Source: Bispira polyomma (taxonomy: Eukaryota). From it: a stretch of 64,000 bases of DNA. The notes beneath the pieces are model-generated. The model did not search any database, had not been told where the DNA came from, and was given only the letters and a program-made list of their open reading frames with translations. Where the stretch lies: contig OZ287754.1 of the NCBI GenBank assembly GCA_965649765.1, forward strand, positions 35,464,001 through 35,528,000, in the 5' to 3' direction. The stretch's first letter is position 1, and the number at the start of each line of letters is the position of its first letter. A program made the translations under genes and the position numbers. Positions 40,156-53,595 of this stretch are shown one piece after another.

Positions 40156-42382
40156 TCAGTTGCGTAGTTGTGCGTTCTGAACATTCCTCGGTGGTTTGCC
40201 ACAATCTCTCTGGCATATACCATTGCAACAGACTCCCTGAAAACAGGCATCTGAATCAATAACCTGTTCACAAGGTGTTCCAGGTTGGAGTTTAGGGGCA
40301 CATCTTTGGGATTGTCTTTCGCAAAAGAGATACGGTGAGCCACAGCTTGGGTTTCTGGTACTACAAATAGGGCTTGGCTCACAAGCATAGAAATCCTTGA
40401 AATAGATGTTACTGTAGCCGTCTATATTCAGTAAGGATGAGAATGGGAGCATTGGGTTTAAGGCATAATGATAGGAATGCTGGGTGTCATTTAAAATTGT
40501 TCCATCGATTTGTTCAAGCCCAACACCAAGGGCTTTGGTGTCATTTGGATAATCATATTGAGGTCTGAAAGCAGGGTTTCTTTTCTTCTGCACTGATCTC
40601 AGCTGCTCCCAGAGACAATCTAGAAAGGCATGGTGCATGTAAAATACCGGGTCACTTGGTGACACAGGAATATCAGCCATAATTCCTCCTATCCAATTGT
40701 GTACAGCTCCATGGTGACTCTCAAACACAGGTGACACAAACCATGACAGATTTCTAACTGATGTTGCTGACAACATATGGAAGATGGCTTCATCTGACAA
40801 AAGTGCAGGCATAGTGCGAGCAAATGGTGGGGCAACTGTAAGATTGCGATATAAAAAGCGCATCTTCCCTGATGTATCTGGAAATGGAAGGCGCCAGTGT
40901 AAGAAAGGTCCTATTGTGACTTCTCCTATACCATTACCTAGAAAGTCATCTGTCCAAAGTATGGATCTGGTGGCAAGATCATCTCCAAGAGTATAGTCCA
41001 GATTTGAATCCCAGTAGGGTAGACTGACACCATTATCTATGTTGCGAAGGGCGTTTTCAAAGCTGTGTGAAGAAATTTAACTGTAAAGTGAAGAAAATGA
41101 TGAACAATATTTTTGATTTGTGCTCCGATAAAGTTTTTGTTAAAGTTTACCTAATTGTTGATACATTTTATGCAGATACTCATATATTTAATCATAATGG
41201 AATAGAAAATAAAATCAAACAGTTAAACTGTCAAAGACCAAAACGATACAGTTGTTACTTACTGAATGGTATTGAAAAGGCAGGCACTATTTTGTTGTTA
41301 CTGTAGTTATTTGTTACTTACCGTAACAACAGTTCCCTATGGTAACCCAGGAAGGCCGGCCCAAAATGTGCTCCTGGAGCAACCCGAGCCTGATGTGCCC
41401 TTAGAAAGACATCATACATTGACAATCCGTCAACAAATGTATGTTTTAGAATGTTCACTGCTCTGTGAAACCGATACCTTTGCTCATCTGTCATCATCCG
41501 GTATTCCTTTCTCAGTGACCTACTACCCGGGACATTGTTAACTTGCCTTCTGTGTCTCCTTCCTCTTCTACCCTCTGATGAACTTAAAGAATCAAACCAG
41601 TTTTTCTGGTCTACTGTTGGTTTCCATTCATTAACAGTTTTCATATTGTAAGCCCATTCTTTGTACATTTTACATGTCATTTCCAGCATAGCTTTATTCA
41701 TGTGATATTGATGGTGATTTTTGTACATAAAGTTACAAATCTTATCATAATTATTGTTTATATCATACGCAGTGTCTAATTGTACCTTTGAAGATACTCC
41801 ATGGACATATTTCATATCTTTAAAATAATTAGGATCAGTTGCACTATGACGGGGTGTAGTATCACTTTCACTCTTAGAAGGCTTTATATTTTCACTTTCT
41901 ATTTGACCTCCATGAATTACTTCATTGTAATTAATATGGTGTACTTCAACAGAATTTTTTTTTTCTTTGTAACTTACTTTCTGTGGCATTTGGCTTGGTA
42001 CAGAATAATGCGGTTCGTCACTCCCTTCCCTATAATCCACCACAGGTTGCCTCTGCAAATGTCCCCTGTTTTGTACATGGTTTCTATAACCATATGGGAT
42101 ATGTGGATTATATATAGGGTGTAGTTCTTCTCTGCTGTCATATGTGGTATGATCGTGTCCTAGGCTCCATGGATCTTCCTCTGTGTTGTAGTAGGTGTGT
42201 TCTATCCCTGGTCTTTGTAAGTTGCTGTTGTAATATTGGTCTCTATGGTACACTGGACTTGTAGGCCTTTCACTGTAAGACAGATAATACCCTCCATGTT
42301 GGTAATCACTCTCTAAAATCTGAGGTTCTGCATAATTGACTGTAACAAAGAAAATCATACAAAGCTGTAACCATTGCTCCAT
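40156..42382 (-). CDS. Secreted tyrosinase-like (type-3 copper) protein; exons 42382-41322 and 41062-40156
   Basis: Signal peptide MEQWLQLCMIFFVTVNYA; CuA H...AHFGPAFLGYHRELL; a phase-2 GT-AG intron joins R to FENALR...SLPYWDS; CuB HGAVHNWIGG...SPSDPVFYMHHAFLD; Cys-rich C-terminus. Confidence 0.93.
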
Positions 42383-43327
42383 GTTGTACTTATACAAATG
42401 TGTATTTATAGAGATTATGACTTTTACTGAACCTTCTTAACAGTGTGTAACTGACTTGCTATCCGGTATGAGATGTGCTGATATCAACAGGAAATACCAA
42501 CTTTTCTTTGTTTCATATATAAAACTGGTGGCGCCTGTTTTATTGTCTGGCGTGTGTTTGACTGAAAAAGCTCGAATATTTGTCAGATTAAGGCTGTGTA
42601 TTGTTGACTAATTTTAAATGAATTCCCACAGCAAAGGTTGTATAGATTTATATGAATAAACTCAATATTTTTATTAATTACAATGGAGAATAGCTTTACA
42701 TAATAAAAAATCTTTTTGGAATTTATTAAACAAAAATGTTGACAATACAATATAAGGTTAGATCCTAATGCCATGATGCTTGTTATTTCAGTTATATGTC
42801 ACATACAAAGAATATTGGCAGATGTAAGCAATGTAACGTTAATGGCATGTGATCAATGTCCTTTGTGCATTAATGTGAGTGCCTGTCTGACTGCACCGCT
42901 GTCCATATGTTGTCATACATAGCAAAAAAAACTTTGGTGTATAAACAATTCCAGAGATACGCATAAAAATATTTACCAAAAGGGTCACATATTTACCTTG
43001 TATTTGATAGATACTACGATCTCGGTAAAATAATCACTTTTTTCTTGCCCCTTTCAATTTATTATTGAAAGTCTGTAGCAAAATGTTTTGCCAGTGTCCA
43101 AAGATAAAAGATTCAAGTATGTTTGCCATGATATATGTACATTTAATCCTAAGCTTGTGGACGCAATGAACAGAGATAATACCTTTATGATTACACCTTT
43201 TTACTTAGCAGAACATATATTAGTTATTAACAAATACACAGCAAATGCCTTAAAACAGACACAATATTCAATCCAATCTATGTCATTTGTCGGTTTTACT
43301 TGTCATAATATATTAGCTTGGTGTGAC

Positions 43328-46300
43328 TTAATAAGTTGAACCCGCTTGACTGCTGTAGGTAATATTTCCATTGGTAATCAAATTGGTTGCCTCAGTCATG
43401 TTTGGGTTTAGCCCGCTATCACAGGCTGATGATTCAGAGGAATGGACAGCACCTCTTGTAGCAGTGTCCCCACCAGCCACAACCCTGCTCCCCAACCCAC
43501 CAGTGCACAAGTTCATCATTTCTAAGTCTGTAAAAGACTCATCCATTGACTTGGCAGTTAGTGATGTCTTTTGGTCGATCCCACTAGCCCTTCTCTCATC
43601 TCCTTTGTTGGAACGTAAGACTGTGTTTAGGAACTCGTATGCCTTCAGCAAGGCAAAAGAGAACGGTAAAGCCGCCGAACAAGCATATAGTAGAAGATAG
43701 GTTGTTAAATAAACCCATTTAGGTAATGCTTTATTTAACCCTCCTAAAATGTTAATGATTACAAAAGTCACCTCAAATGTAAATGTGATTGCAGTTGTTA
43801 CAGCATATAATTGACTGATAAATATCTCCTTTTCATGTTGTATATTTTGCCTGAGGGTTCTTGAAAGCATGCCGCTGTGGGAAGAAGAACATGTTGTTCT
43901 TGTAAAGAAGTACACGTTTGTAAGGACAGGAATTATCAGGATCAAAATGGAGCAGAATCCTAAGAAGGAATATATATGCTTGTTCACGTTTGAAAAATCT
44001 AATCCACAAGTTCCACTCTCTGAAAATACAAGAGAATTTGATTTTATTAGTTGAAAGTTAAAAAAACTGATAGCTTGAAACATATATTGGATATTTGAAG
44101 TTCTTGTATCACCCACTCTTCTGCTGAGAACTGAAACATAATACATAACCCTTAAATATATACAGAAGTAAAATATTTGGATTGCATATTTAAAAATATA
44201 AGCACGATGATGTTCAGAGCAACGGCAAATTTTTCTTGGCAAAGAGGTAGTTAATTTATGTAATAGTCGTTGGACAATAATTCCATAAACAAATTTATCA
44301 TAATATGTTTTATTGAGGGCATACCTTGATACAAAAGTCTTTTATAGTACAATCTATAGACATTTTCTTCCATATGGACTGTAAAAAGATTGCCCCATTC
44401 TTTTGATATTCCTTTAGAATTACTGAAAAACCTCCATACCAAGCCATCAATGCTTTTGTTTTCTATATGATTCCACAAGCAGGTTACAGAGTCACGTGAT
44501 TCACTTCTCAGCAAAGCCTCAAAGCCATTTGGTATTTGACCGGTCAGTCTCGTTTCTGAGTGAAAGTTGGTTTCGAAAAAAGCTGTGATGTTTTGCAGCA
44601 AAGATTGTATTAGCTGTGTATCGTTGCTGTGGGTAGCAAAGAAACTGGTGAGAGGTGACATAGTATGAGTCTCCATGGGGTGAGAAACCAATCGTATATG
44701 TACAGCACCTGTGAGGAAACATAAGGCAACAAGTGGCAAGCATACTTACAACAATCATCTTAATGATTTAAGGTGATGCTTAAATATGATTAAAGTGTAA
44801 TTTTCAATATAGGTAGGTCACCATTGCAAACTCGACACCAACTAACACTGGTTTAACTGGTTTAAATTCACCAAGTCGTCACCACTACTTAGCAAAAAAA
44901 TTTAATCAAGAAGAAAAATAAATAGTTCATTTCTATCAATGTTATTGCACATTTTGTCTTCTATATTGGAATATATCTAACAGGATGTGTACACGGTTCT
45001 TTCTTGTAGATGTCTGCTATCTTTAGTGGAAGTCTTTGTGGACATGTACATATGTACACATGCAAATGGGCTTATAGTTCTCCTGTTGTGGACATGTGCA
45101 TATGTACACATGCAAGTGGGCTTATAGTTCTCCTGTTGTAGTTTGAGCAAAAATGGAATAAATTTTGTTTATATTGTTAAAATAGTGTAGTTACATTTCT
45201 TGTGTGAAAATACTAAATTAGTGTGAGTTATTTATATGTCAGTAGTGGCGAGTTTGTCATGTTAAAAACGTACTGAGTTTATTGGACTGCAGTGAGTTTG
45301 CCATGTTAAAAACGTGCTGAGCTTATTAGACTGTGGCGAGTTTGTCATGTTATAGGTGTCGAGTTGGTTAGACTGTGACATAGTTTGTCATGTTAAATAG
45401 GTGCCGAGTTGGTTAGACTGTGGCGAGTTTGTCATGTTAAATAGGTGCCGAATTGGTTAGACTGCAGTGAGTTTGTCATGTTAAATAGGTGCTGAGTTTT
45501 TTAGACTGTGGCGAGTTTGTCATGTTAAATAGTACCGAGTTGGTTAGACTATGGTGAGTTAGTCATGTTAAATAGGTACCGAGTTGGTTAGACTGTGGCG
45601 AGTTTGTAGTGTTAAATAGATACCGAGTTGGTTAGACTGTGGTGAGTTTGTAGTGTTAAATAGGTACCGAGTTGGTTAGACTGTGGCGAGTTTGTCATGT
45701 TAAATAGGTGTCAAGTTAGTTAAACTGTGGCGAGTTTGTCATGTTAAATAGGTGCCGAGTTGGTTAGAGTGTGGTGAGTTAGTCATGTTAAATAGGTACC
45801 GAGTTGGTTAGACTGTGGCGAGTTTGTAGTGTTAAATAGGTACCGAGTTGGTTAGACTGTGGTGAGTTTGTAGTGTTAAATAGGTACCGAGTTGGTTAGA
45901 CTGTGGCGAGTTTGTCATGTTAAATAGGTGTCGAGTTAGTTAAACTGTGGCGAGTTTGCCATGTTAAATACGTGCTGACTTTATTAGACTATGACGAATT
46001 TGTCACGTTAAATACATGCTGAGTTTTTTAGACTATGGCAGGTTTGTCATGTTAAATAGGTGCCGAGTTGGTTAGACTGTTGCGAGTTTGTCATGTTATA
46101 TAGGTGCCGAATTGGTTAGACTGTAGCGAGTTTGTCATGTTAAATAGGTGCCGAATTGGTTAGACTGTGGCAAGTTTGTCATGTTAAATAGGTGCCGAAT
46201 TGGTTAGACTGTGGCGAGTTTGTCATGTTAAATACGTGCTGAGCTTGTTAGACTATGGCAAGTTTGTCATGTTAAATAGGTGCCAAATTGGTTAGACTGC

Positions 46301-49300
46301 GGCGAGTTTGTAGTGTTAAATAGGTGTCAAGTTGGTTAGACTGTGGCGAGTTTGTAGTGTTAAATAGGTGTCAAGTTGGTTAGACTGTGGCGAGTTTGTC
46401 ATGTTAAATAGGTGCCGAGTTGGTTAGAGTGTGGTGAGTTAGTCATGTTAAATAGGTACCGAGTTGGTTAGACTGTGGCGAGTTTGTAGTGTTAAATAGG
46501 TACCGAGTTGGTTAGACTGTGGTGAGTTTGTAGTGTTAAATAGGTGTCGAGTTAGTTAAACTGTGGTGAGTTTGTCATGTTAAATAGGTGCCGAGTTGGT
46601 TAGAGTGTGGGGAGTTTGCCATGTTAAATACGTGCTGACTTTATTAGACTATGACGACTTTGTCACGTTAAATACATGCTGAGTTTTTTAGACTATGGCA
46701 GGTTTGTCATGTTAAATAGGTGCCGAGTTGGTTAGACTGTTGCGAGTTTGTCATGTTATATAGGTGCCAAATTGGTTAGACTGTAGCGAGTTTGTCATGT
46801 TAAATAGGTGCCGAATTGGTTAGACTGTGGCAAGTTTGTCATGTTAAATACGTGCTGAGCTTGTTAGACTATGGCAAGTTTGTCATGTTAAATAGGTGCC
46901 AAATTGGTTAGACTGTGGCGAGTTTGTAGTGTTAAATAGGTGTCAAGTTGGTTAGACTGTGGCGAGTTTGTAGTGTTAAATAGGTGTCAAGTTGGTTAGA
47001 CTGTGGCGAGTTTGTCATGTTAAATAGGTGTCAAGTTGGTTAGTCTGTGGTGAGTTTGTAGTGTTAAATAGGTGTAGAGTTAGTTAGACTGTAGTGAGTT
47101 TGTCATGTTACATAGGTACCGAGTTTGTTAGACTGTGGCGACCTTGTCATGTTAAATAGGTGTTAAGTTGGTTAGACTGTGGCGAGTTTGTAGTGTTAAA
47201 TAGGTGTCGAGTTGGTTAGACTATGACAGAGTTTGATTTTGCTGACTGTACATACACCATTATTTCTAGGCAGTCTCAAAGCTTTGCATTAGTTTGGTAA
47301 ATATGATCCATACACTTGTCTATACACTCTATTTGTGGGCGACTATTGTGGAAAAGCTAGCACTAACCAATGGGAGCATTGAGAAGCAAATGTTTATAAT
47401 TAGATTTCTTTTTGTATATATTTGTATTGCTTTTCGGTAGCAGTATACTGCCTTTTTCAAGAACAGATTCGTTGATTATATCAATGCTGTAGCTGTCATT
47501 GATTTTATATTTTTATGCTGTCCATTACTGGATATTTATAGATAGCATTGATAAGGTAGTATGTTTTTTGTCTCACGTTGTTGCAATATACCGCTATTAC
47601 AAGCTAATTATGCACACATGTTTAGGTAATAAAGAGTGGGGGAAACCTAAGCTTTATCATAAAACACGAGTAAAGTTGAAAGTAAAATAAGAACATTTCC
47701 CATTGGTATTTTAAATACCATTCGTGACTTCCTGTTCTAAGGTTTTGTTATTCAATCTATAAAGAACTTAATCCATGGATAAAGTAAACTCAATGGCTAC
47801 ATACCACACACAATTTACTCTTTCATGGAGAAAAACAACACCTGATTTTAACACATTTGTATTACAGTCAACAAGTGTGTAAAATAGTGATGTATAGGTT
47901 TTCAAAGCCCAAAAGAGCCTTTTGAAAGGATGTAGAATATAGTGTGATAAAAAATTGCCTAAAACCCATACGTAATTAAAGTACTGAAATTATATAAAAT
48001 AATTGGTCAGAAGGGCGTGGGAAGGAATATTATGACCCTACATCTGAATAGCCTATTCAGTGCTGGCTGGAGATAGGAAGTTACGATTTAAAGGTATCGA
48101 TTCCAGAAAAACATGTAAAGATTCAACGAGGTGATTCATGTTATGAGGAGGTCAAAAGTGTAGGTCTTTGAAATCCTTCCAGTGCTACAAAAGAGTTCTA
48201 GTCCTTGGTTTAAATTGGGTTCATTAGGGAGTTTGCAGGAAATGAATGTTGTTGAATAGCTAAAGCTCATTGAGAGGTTTTGTCCATGAGCTCACGTCTA
48301 TAGGAGACAGCCCCTCAACGCCCAGTCTTACTTAGTGGTGAAGCTTTAGTTGTCAGTTCACAGCTACATTCAAATGAATAGGTCATAAAGATGAGCCCCG
48401 TCTGTATTAATGTCTGCAACATCTTGAATTGATTGGATGTATTTATTCTGGCGTACCTTGGCGCAGGTTAATTGATTAAAATGACTTCCATTTTAGGCTG
48501 ATCCTGACTTAATAGCTTTCATAGAAACTATACTGATTTTGTGATACCCTATCCTTATATTATGGTTGATATTGTTCGCTGGCAATTAACATCTACTCTT
48601 ATATATTTAAGGCTAGCATGTTAGGTTTAAGAGCTTGACAGGTGATTATTATCCTCACGCATTCATTAATATTTGTATATCTATCTATAGAATAATGGAG
48701 TGATAATATTTGTATATCCATCTATATAATAATAGAGTGACATTCTCTTCATATTTTGTAAAATCCATTGATTAATTTTAAGAAGAATGACATGAATTGA
48801 TGATAGATAGATAAATTGTATGTGTATGATGCATATTTAATGGTATTGCACTTTAAGATTACATAATGGCCACAATTATACAGCAATCGTATCTACAAAA
48901 CAGTTTGTGCCCAAAACAAACCAGTTGCAAATATCATAAAAGTTGGACAGCGGTATTCCCAGGCCTACTGTAATTTCCTGGTGGATAAAATTACCAGTGT
49001 GATCGTGTAATGTAATCATCCCTAGGAGACGAGGGCATGAAGTACAGGGTTGTGTGGTTACATGTAGTGTAATCATCCCTAGGATACGAGGGTATGAAGT
49101 ACAGGGTTGTGTGGTTACATGTAATGTAATCATCCCTAGGAGACGAGGGCATGAAATACAGGGTGGTATGGTTACATGTAGTGTAATCATCCCTAGGAGA
49201 CGAGGGCATGAAGTACAAGGTTGTGTGGTTCCATGTAATGCAATCATCCCTAGGAAACGAGGGCACAAAGTACAGGGTTGTGTGGTTCCATGTAATGCAA

Positions 49301-50888
49301 TTATCCCTAAAAGACGAGGGCATGAAGTACAGGGTTGTGTGGTTACATGTAATGTAATCATCCCTAGGAGACGAGGGCATGAAGTACAGGGTTGTGTGGT
49401 TCCATGTAATGCAATTATCCCTAGAAGACGAGGGCATGAAGTACAGGGTTGTGTGGTTACATGTAATGTAATCATCCCTAGGATACGAGGGCACAAAGTA
49501 CAGGGTTGTGTGGTTACATGTAATGCAATCATCCCTAGGATACGAGGGTATGAAGTACAGGGTTGTGTGGTTACATGTAATGTAATCATCCCTAGGATAC
49601 GAGGGCATGAAATACAGGGTGGTATGGTTACATGTAGTGTAATCATCCCTAGGAGACGAGGGCATGAAGTTCAGGGTGGTATGGTTACAAGTTATTGGAC
49701 AAAATTAATTTGAGACCAAATAATCATATCGAATCACAAGATATCATTTTATTATCCACTGTGACGTTTGATACGGACCGGCTGATTCAATAAACCGTAT
49801 CACTCCACTGAAAATCATACTGTAGTAACAAGAATTTTTAAGCTTTTAAGTGTGGTTAACATAATATATAAACGTTAAGCAATATGGTATTATATTATAC
49901 TCGATTTTTAGTTTGGTTTAAGTTTGTATTTGAAGCTAATTCTTCAAGGTAACAAATCAATACCTTTTGTTTATATTGACCAGGTTGCCGTGTTTTTAAT
50001 ATTTTAGGACTTTTAGTGTTGTTTGTATGAGATTTTTACCTGTATAGGCATAATAATTACATAATGTAAGTGGATAATAAAATAAAAACAACCCATTGGA
50101 TTTGTATATTGAAAAAGATATGACTCAAGAAGATGAAACACACAAAACTCGGCTTAATGGGCTCGTATTGCATTGATCTTCTTTTGTCATATATTTTTAA
50201 ATACACACCACTCGGGTGTTTTACTATTTTAATGCTGTGAAATTGTGCAGTTTGGATGAGAAATTTACATAGTTTTGTCGTTATAATGTCACAGCCACAC
50301 AAATGTTACACATTACAATGTTCTTTTCCCTAATATGAACCTCTTGCCCAAATACTCATAGATTCCCATCATTCTGGTAAGAGTCTTACCTCTTTTATCC
50401 GAATATTCAGCCCAACCATAGATAGGTCCCGTGAACACCATGCCTACAAATAGCACCATACCCCACAACAGTATCTTAGTGTTGATGTCAGAAAACATAG
50501 AACTGTATTCATTTGGCAGGACTATTTTAAAAAACCTGAAAACAATAAAAACAAAATATGGTTCAACAACTAGTTTTGAATTTTAATTTAAATGTTTTTT
50601 TTTCTACATCTAAATCCTTTACATTCTATCTACAACATTACTTGAAGTAATAAAATTAAGTTTTTTATTTTTTATTGAATTGGTATTCATGTGTACTACT
50701 ATAGTCAAGTGAATGAAACAATGTATTCTGTACAATAGTAACAGTTTCGGTGTAGAATGGGTTAATTTTGCAAGTAAACACAAACCTTTCCATGGAGGCC
50801 AAAGCCAAGAACCACATCCACGTGCCAAGAGTGATGCTAGAAATAAGGCCAAAGAGTTGGCAGGACACAGTTCCAAACAGCCATCGCC
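43328..50888 (-). CDS. Class A (rhodopsin-like) GPCR with opsin-like motifs; exons 50888-50786, 50535-50390, 44019-43328; 5' part not resolved
   Basis: The spliced product reads RWLFGTVSCQLFGLISSITLGTWMWFLALASMER/FFKIV...GPIYGWAEYSDKR/ESGTCGLDF...TM5-TM7. All splice sites are GT-AG and phase-consistent, with an intron inside the ERF arginine codon. Confidence 0.8.
45250..47230. repeat. 44-bp minisatellite (gttaaataggtgccgagttggttagactgtggcgagtttgtcat) in a GPCR intron
   Basis: About 45 tandem units; each unit is a dimer of two related ~22 bp halves. Confidence 0.97.
49005..49690. repeat. 60-bp minisatellite in a GPCR intron
   Basis: About 11 units of atcatccctaggagacgagggcatgaagtacagggttgtgtggttacatgtaatgta-like sequence. 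Confidence 0.97.
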
Positions 50889-51666
50889 CTGGAAATACAA
50901 TTGAGAACTATCATATCATTGGTAATAGCCCAATCACACCTACACGTGTTGGAGCTACGTGTGTGTGACGTTTTGAAACGTAGTAGATGGTAATGCCAAA
51001 GTAAGGATCCCTGGTGTGTTCGTTCCATGACGATGCTTAACGAATTATATCTTTCCAGAAACGTCTCCATTTGGTCGGTTGCAACGATTACTTCAAACTG
51101 TTTAAAATAATTGTGACAGAGCACTATGTTTCTCAAAAACGTCTCCACTCGTCTGTATAAGTAACATAACATAGCATAACGTAGCAGTAAGTAGTGAGGT
51201 CGTCTCCACTCGTTTTTATTTGTTGTGCAATGTTTTAGTAGGTAGCAAAGAGGAGCAGAATGCAGCCATAAGTAACATACAGTAAATCTACGTAGTAGTA
51301 AGTAATGGTATCCTACCAGTAAAATGATTAATTTTTTCCCCCGCTGCGTGTGTAGAAGTATCAAATCGTCACAAAAATGTCAAAATGTTTTGTGAAAATG
51401 ACGTCACTGTGACATGTAACTATATGATCAGCCGTCACTTAATAATTTTAAATTGGCACTCACTTACAAAGGATAATCAGCAAAGCTGGGTTTGGAGAAA
51501 GCACGGTTATACAATAATTTTCATACCAATCAAAACAAGACAACTTCAGGCACCCTGCTCTCACTAACTTTTTGGAGGTATTTTTAGGACAATGAGGTAT
51601 ATGTATATAAAATACTATGAAAATGAACATTAACATTTTCTGCATCAGTATTTCCGAAATAACAGA

Positions 51667-53515
51667 ACTACTACTATTAAGGCCCGGGTAAAGACACAAT
51701 TGTCAATGCCAAAAAAGATAATGCCAGGATTATAATGCCAAAGATAATGCCAGGATTATAGTGCCCAATTTGTTAAAAGCCAGATATAATGCCAGAATTA
51801 TAATTCCAGATTTTTCACGTAAAGAAGTATGAGACTGGGTGAGTGAATCAATAGTGTGAAGTGGGTGTGGCACACATGTTATAGCCCCTCCTCACTCCCC
51901 CCTTATTCCAGTAGAAGGTTTGAGGTCTTGTGAACTTGTGGGGGGCATTTGCATATCAGCCCCTCATTACTAAATTGTTAATATTTTCTGGAATAATTGT
52001 TTTGATTTTTAAAATTTAAAGAGCATAATGTGTGCATGCACATTTGTCCCTTTTTACCTCCTCCCCACACACTGTTTCTAATTTCAGTAGAAGTTTTGAC
52101 ATCTTATGAACTTGGGGCATTTGCATATCAGCCCCTCATTACTAAATTGTTAATATTTTCTGGAATAATTGTTTTGATTTTCAAAAATGAAAGAGCTTAA
52201 TCTGTGCACACACATTTGTCCCTTTTTACCCCCTCCCCACACACTGTTTCTCATTCCAGAAAAAGGGTTTTTGATGTGTGTTAGATATCTGGGTGTGGGT
52301 ATTCTATATCGTGGGTGTTTATTACCTTTATCAAATTTCTGAATAAATGGGGCTATTGAAAAAACCTTCTTGATCCATATTATCAGGCGTTTAATTTTAT
52401 ATCAAATAAGTCCAGATTTATTACTCTGTACAATGAATTTTTTTATTTTCCAGAAAATATGCAAAGCTTGTTCAACGTTTGAACAAGTCAGTTTGCATGT
52501 TTGTTTGTCCGTCCCAATTCAGTCTTGACCAGACAGCTTGCTTTCTCCACTTAATTCCCTTTGTGCTATTGAGTGATTTCTGTAAACTAGCATACAAAAT
52601 CTTTCTAACTTTCTTAATAATGGTGTGTTTTTCACAAGTCAAAAACCTTCTTGATAAGAATTACCAGACGTTTATTTTGATATCAAATTTGTACACCTTT
52701 ACTACTAAATTATATGTAATGACTTTTTTGTCATGTAGAGCTAATTCACTGTTTGAATAAGTTTTTCAAACGGTGTCGGCCCAAATGCATTCTAGACTAC
52801 ACAGCTTGATTAAGCCCCTCTTCTTTCAGAGCTTTTAAAAAAAACTTAGAAACTTCAAGTTTTCTTAAAAATTAAGTGTTTTTTAAAATTTAAAATCTAG
52901 CATCACCAGCAGTTTCATTGGCATGTTACGGCGCTAAAGATGATACTAAATATGGCTATATGTAATCTAAAAACTCTATTCCTTTAAAATTCCAGATTTG
53001 GTCAGTTTATTACTCCAAAGCTAGCTCTCAACTTGTTCACTTTTGATCAATCATAAAGGGTCAGTAAATTGTATTTTGTGTATTCATTGGGCTTAATCTC
53101 TTTTAAAATAACTTACAAATTACAAATGATTGTAACTTTCTTAATAATGAACTACCCTACAAACTGGCAATGCTTGTAACTTTCTTAATAATGAAGAGTT
53201 TTTAAAATTTTAAAACCAGCTTCATCAGCACTTTTGAGTCGTTTAAGCTGGTACTAAATATGGCTTTATTTAATTTAGAAACTCTATTCTTTTTAAAAAT
53301 TCACATTTATTTACTTGATTAAGATTTAGCCCACCATATATTCACTTGTAATCACACATCGTTAAAGGGCCATGGTGAATGATATTTGTGTTATCATTTG
53401 AATCTATAAATCTCGAAATGCCTGTGATTTTATTGATAATTAGTGTATCTAACTCATTTAAAACTAATGTACTTAACACATTTTTAAAAACCTGCTTAAT
53501 CTGCACAGAACATTA

Positions 53516-53595
<80 letters not shown>

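Noticed and set aside
43328-44242. 304-aa single-exon ORF as listed in the track
   Set aside because: Only 44019-43328 is exonic (acceptor tttcag at 44020); the upstream part is intronic read-through.
44251-44739. 162-aa ORF in the GPCR intron
   Set aside because: No recognisable motif and a non-ATG start; cannot be assigned.
45250-47230. Regular array superficially resembling CRISPR
   Set aside because: Units are contiguous with no unique spacers, there are no cas genes, and the context is a eukaryotic intron.
48876-49713. Long Cys-rich ORFs on both strands
   Set aside because: By-product of a stop-free 60-bp tandem repeat; open in several frames; lies in the GPCR intron.
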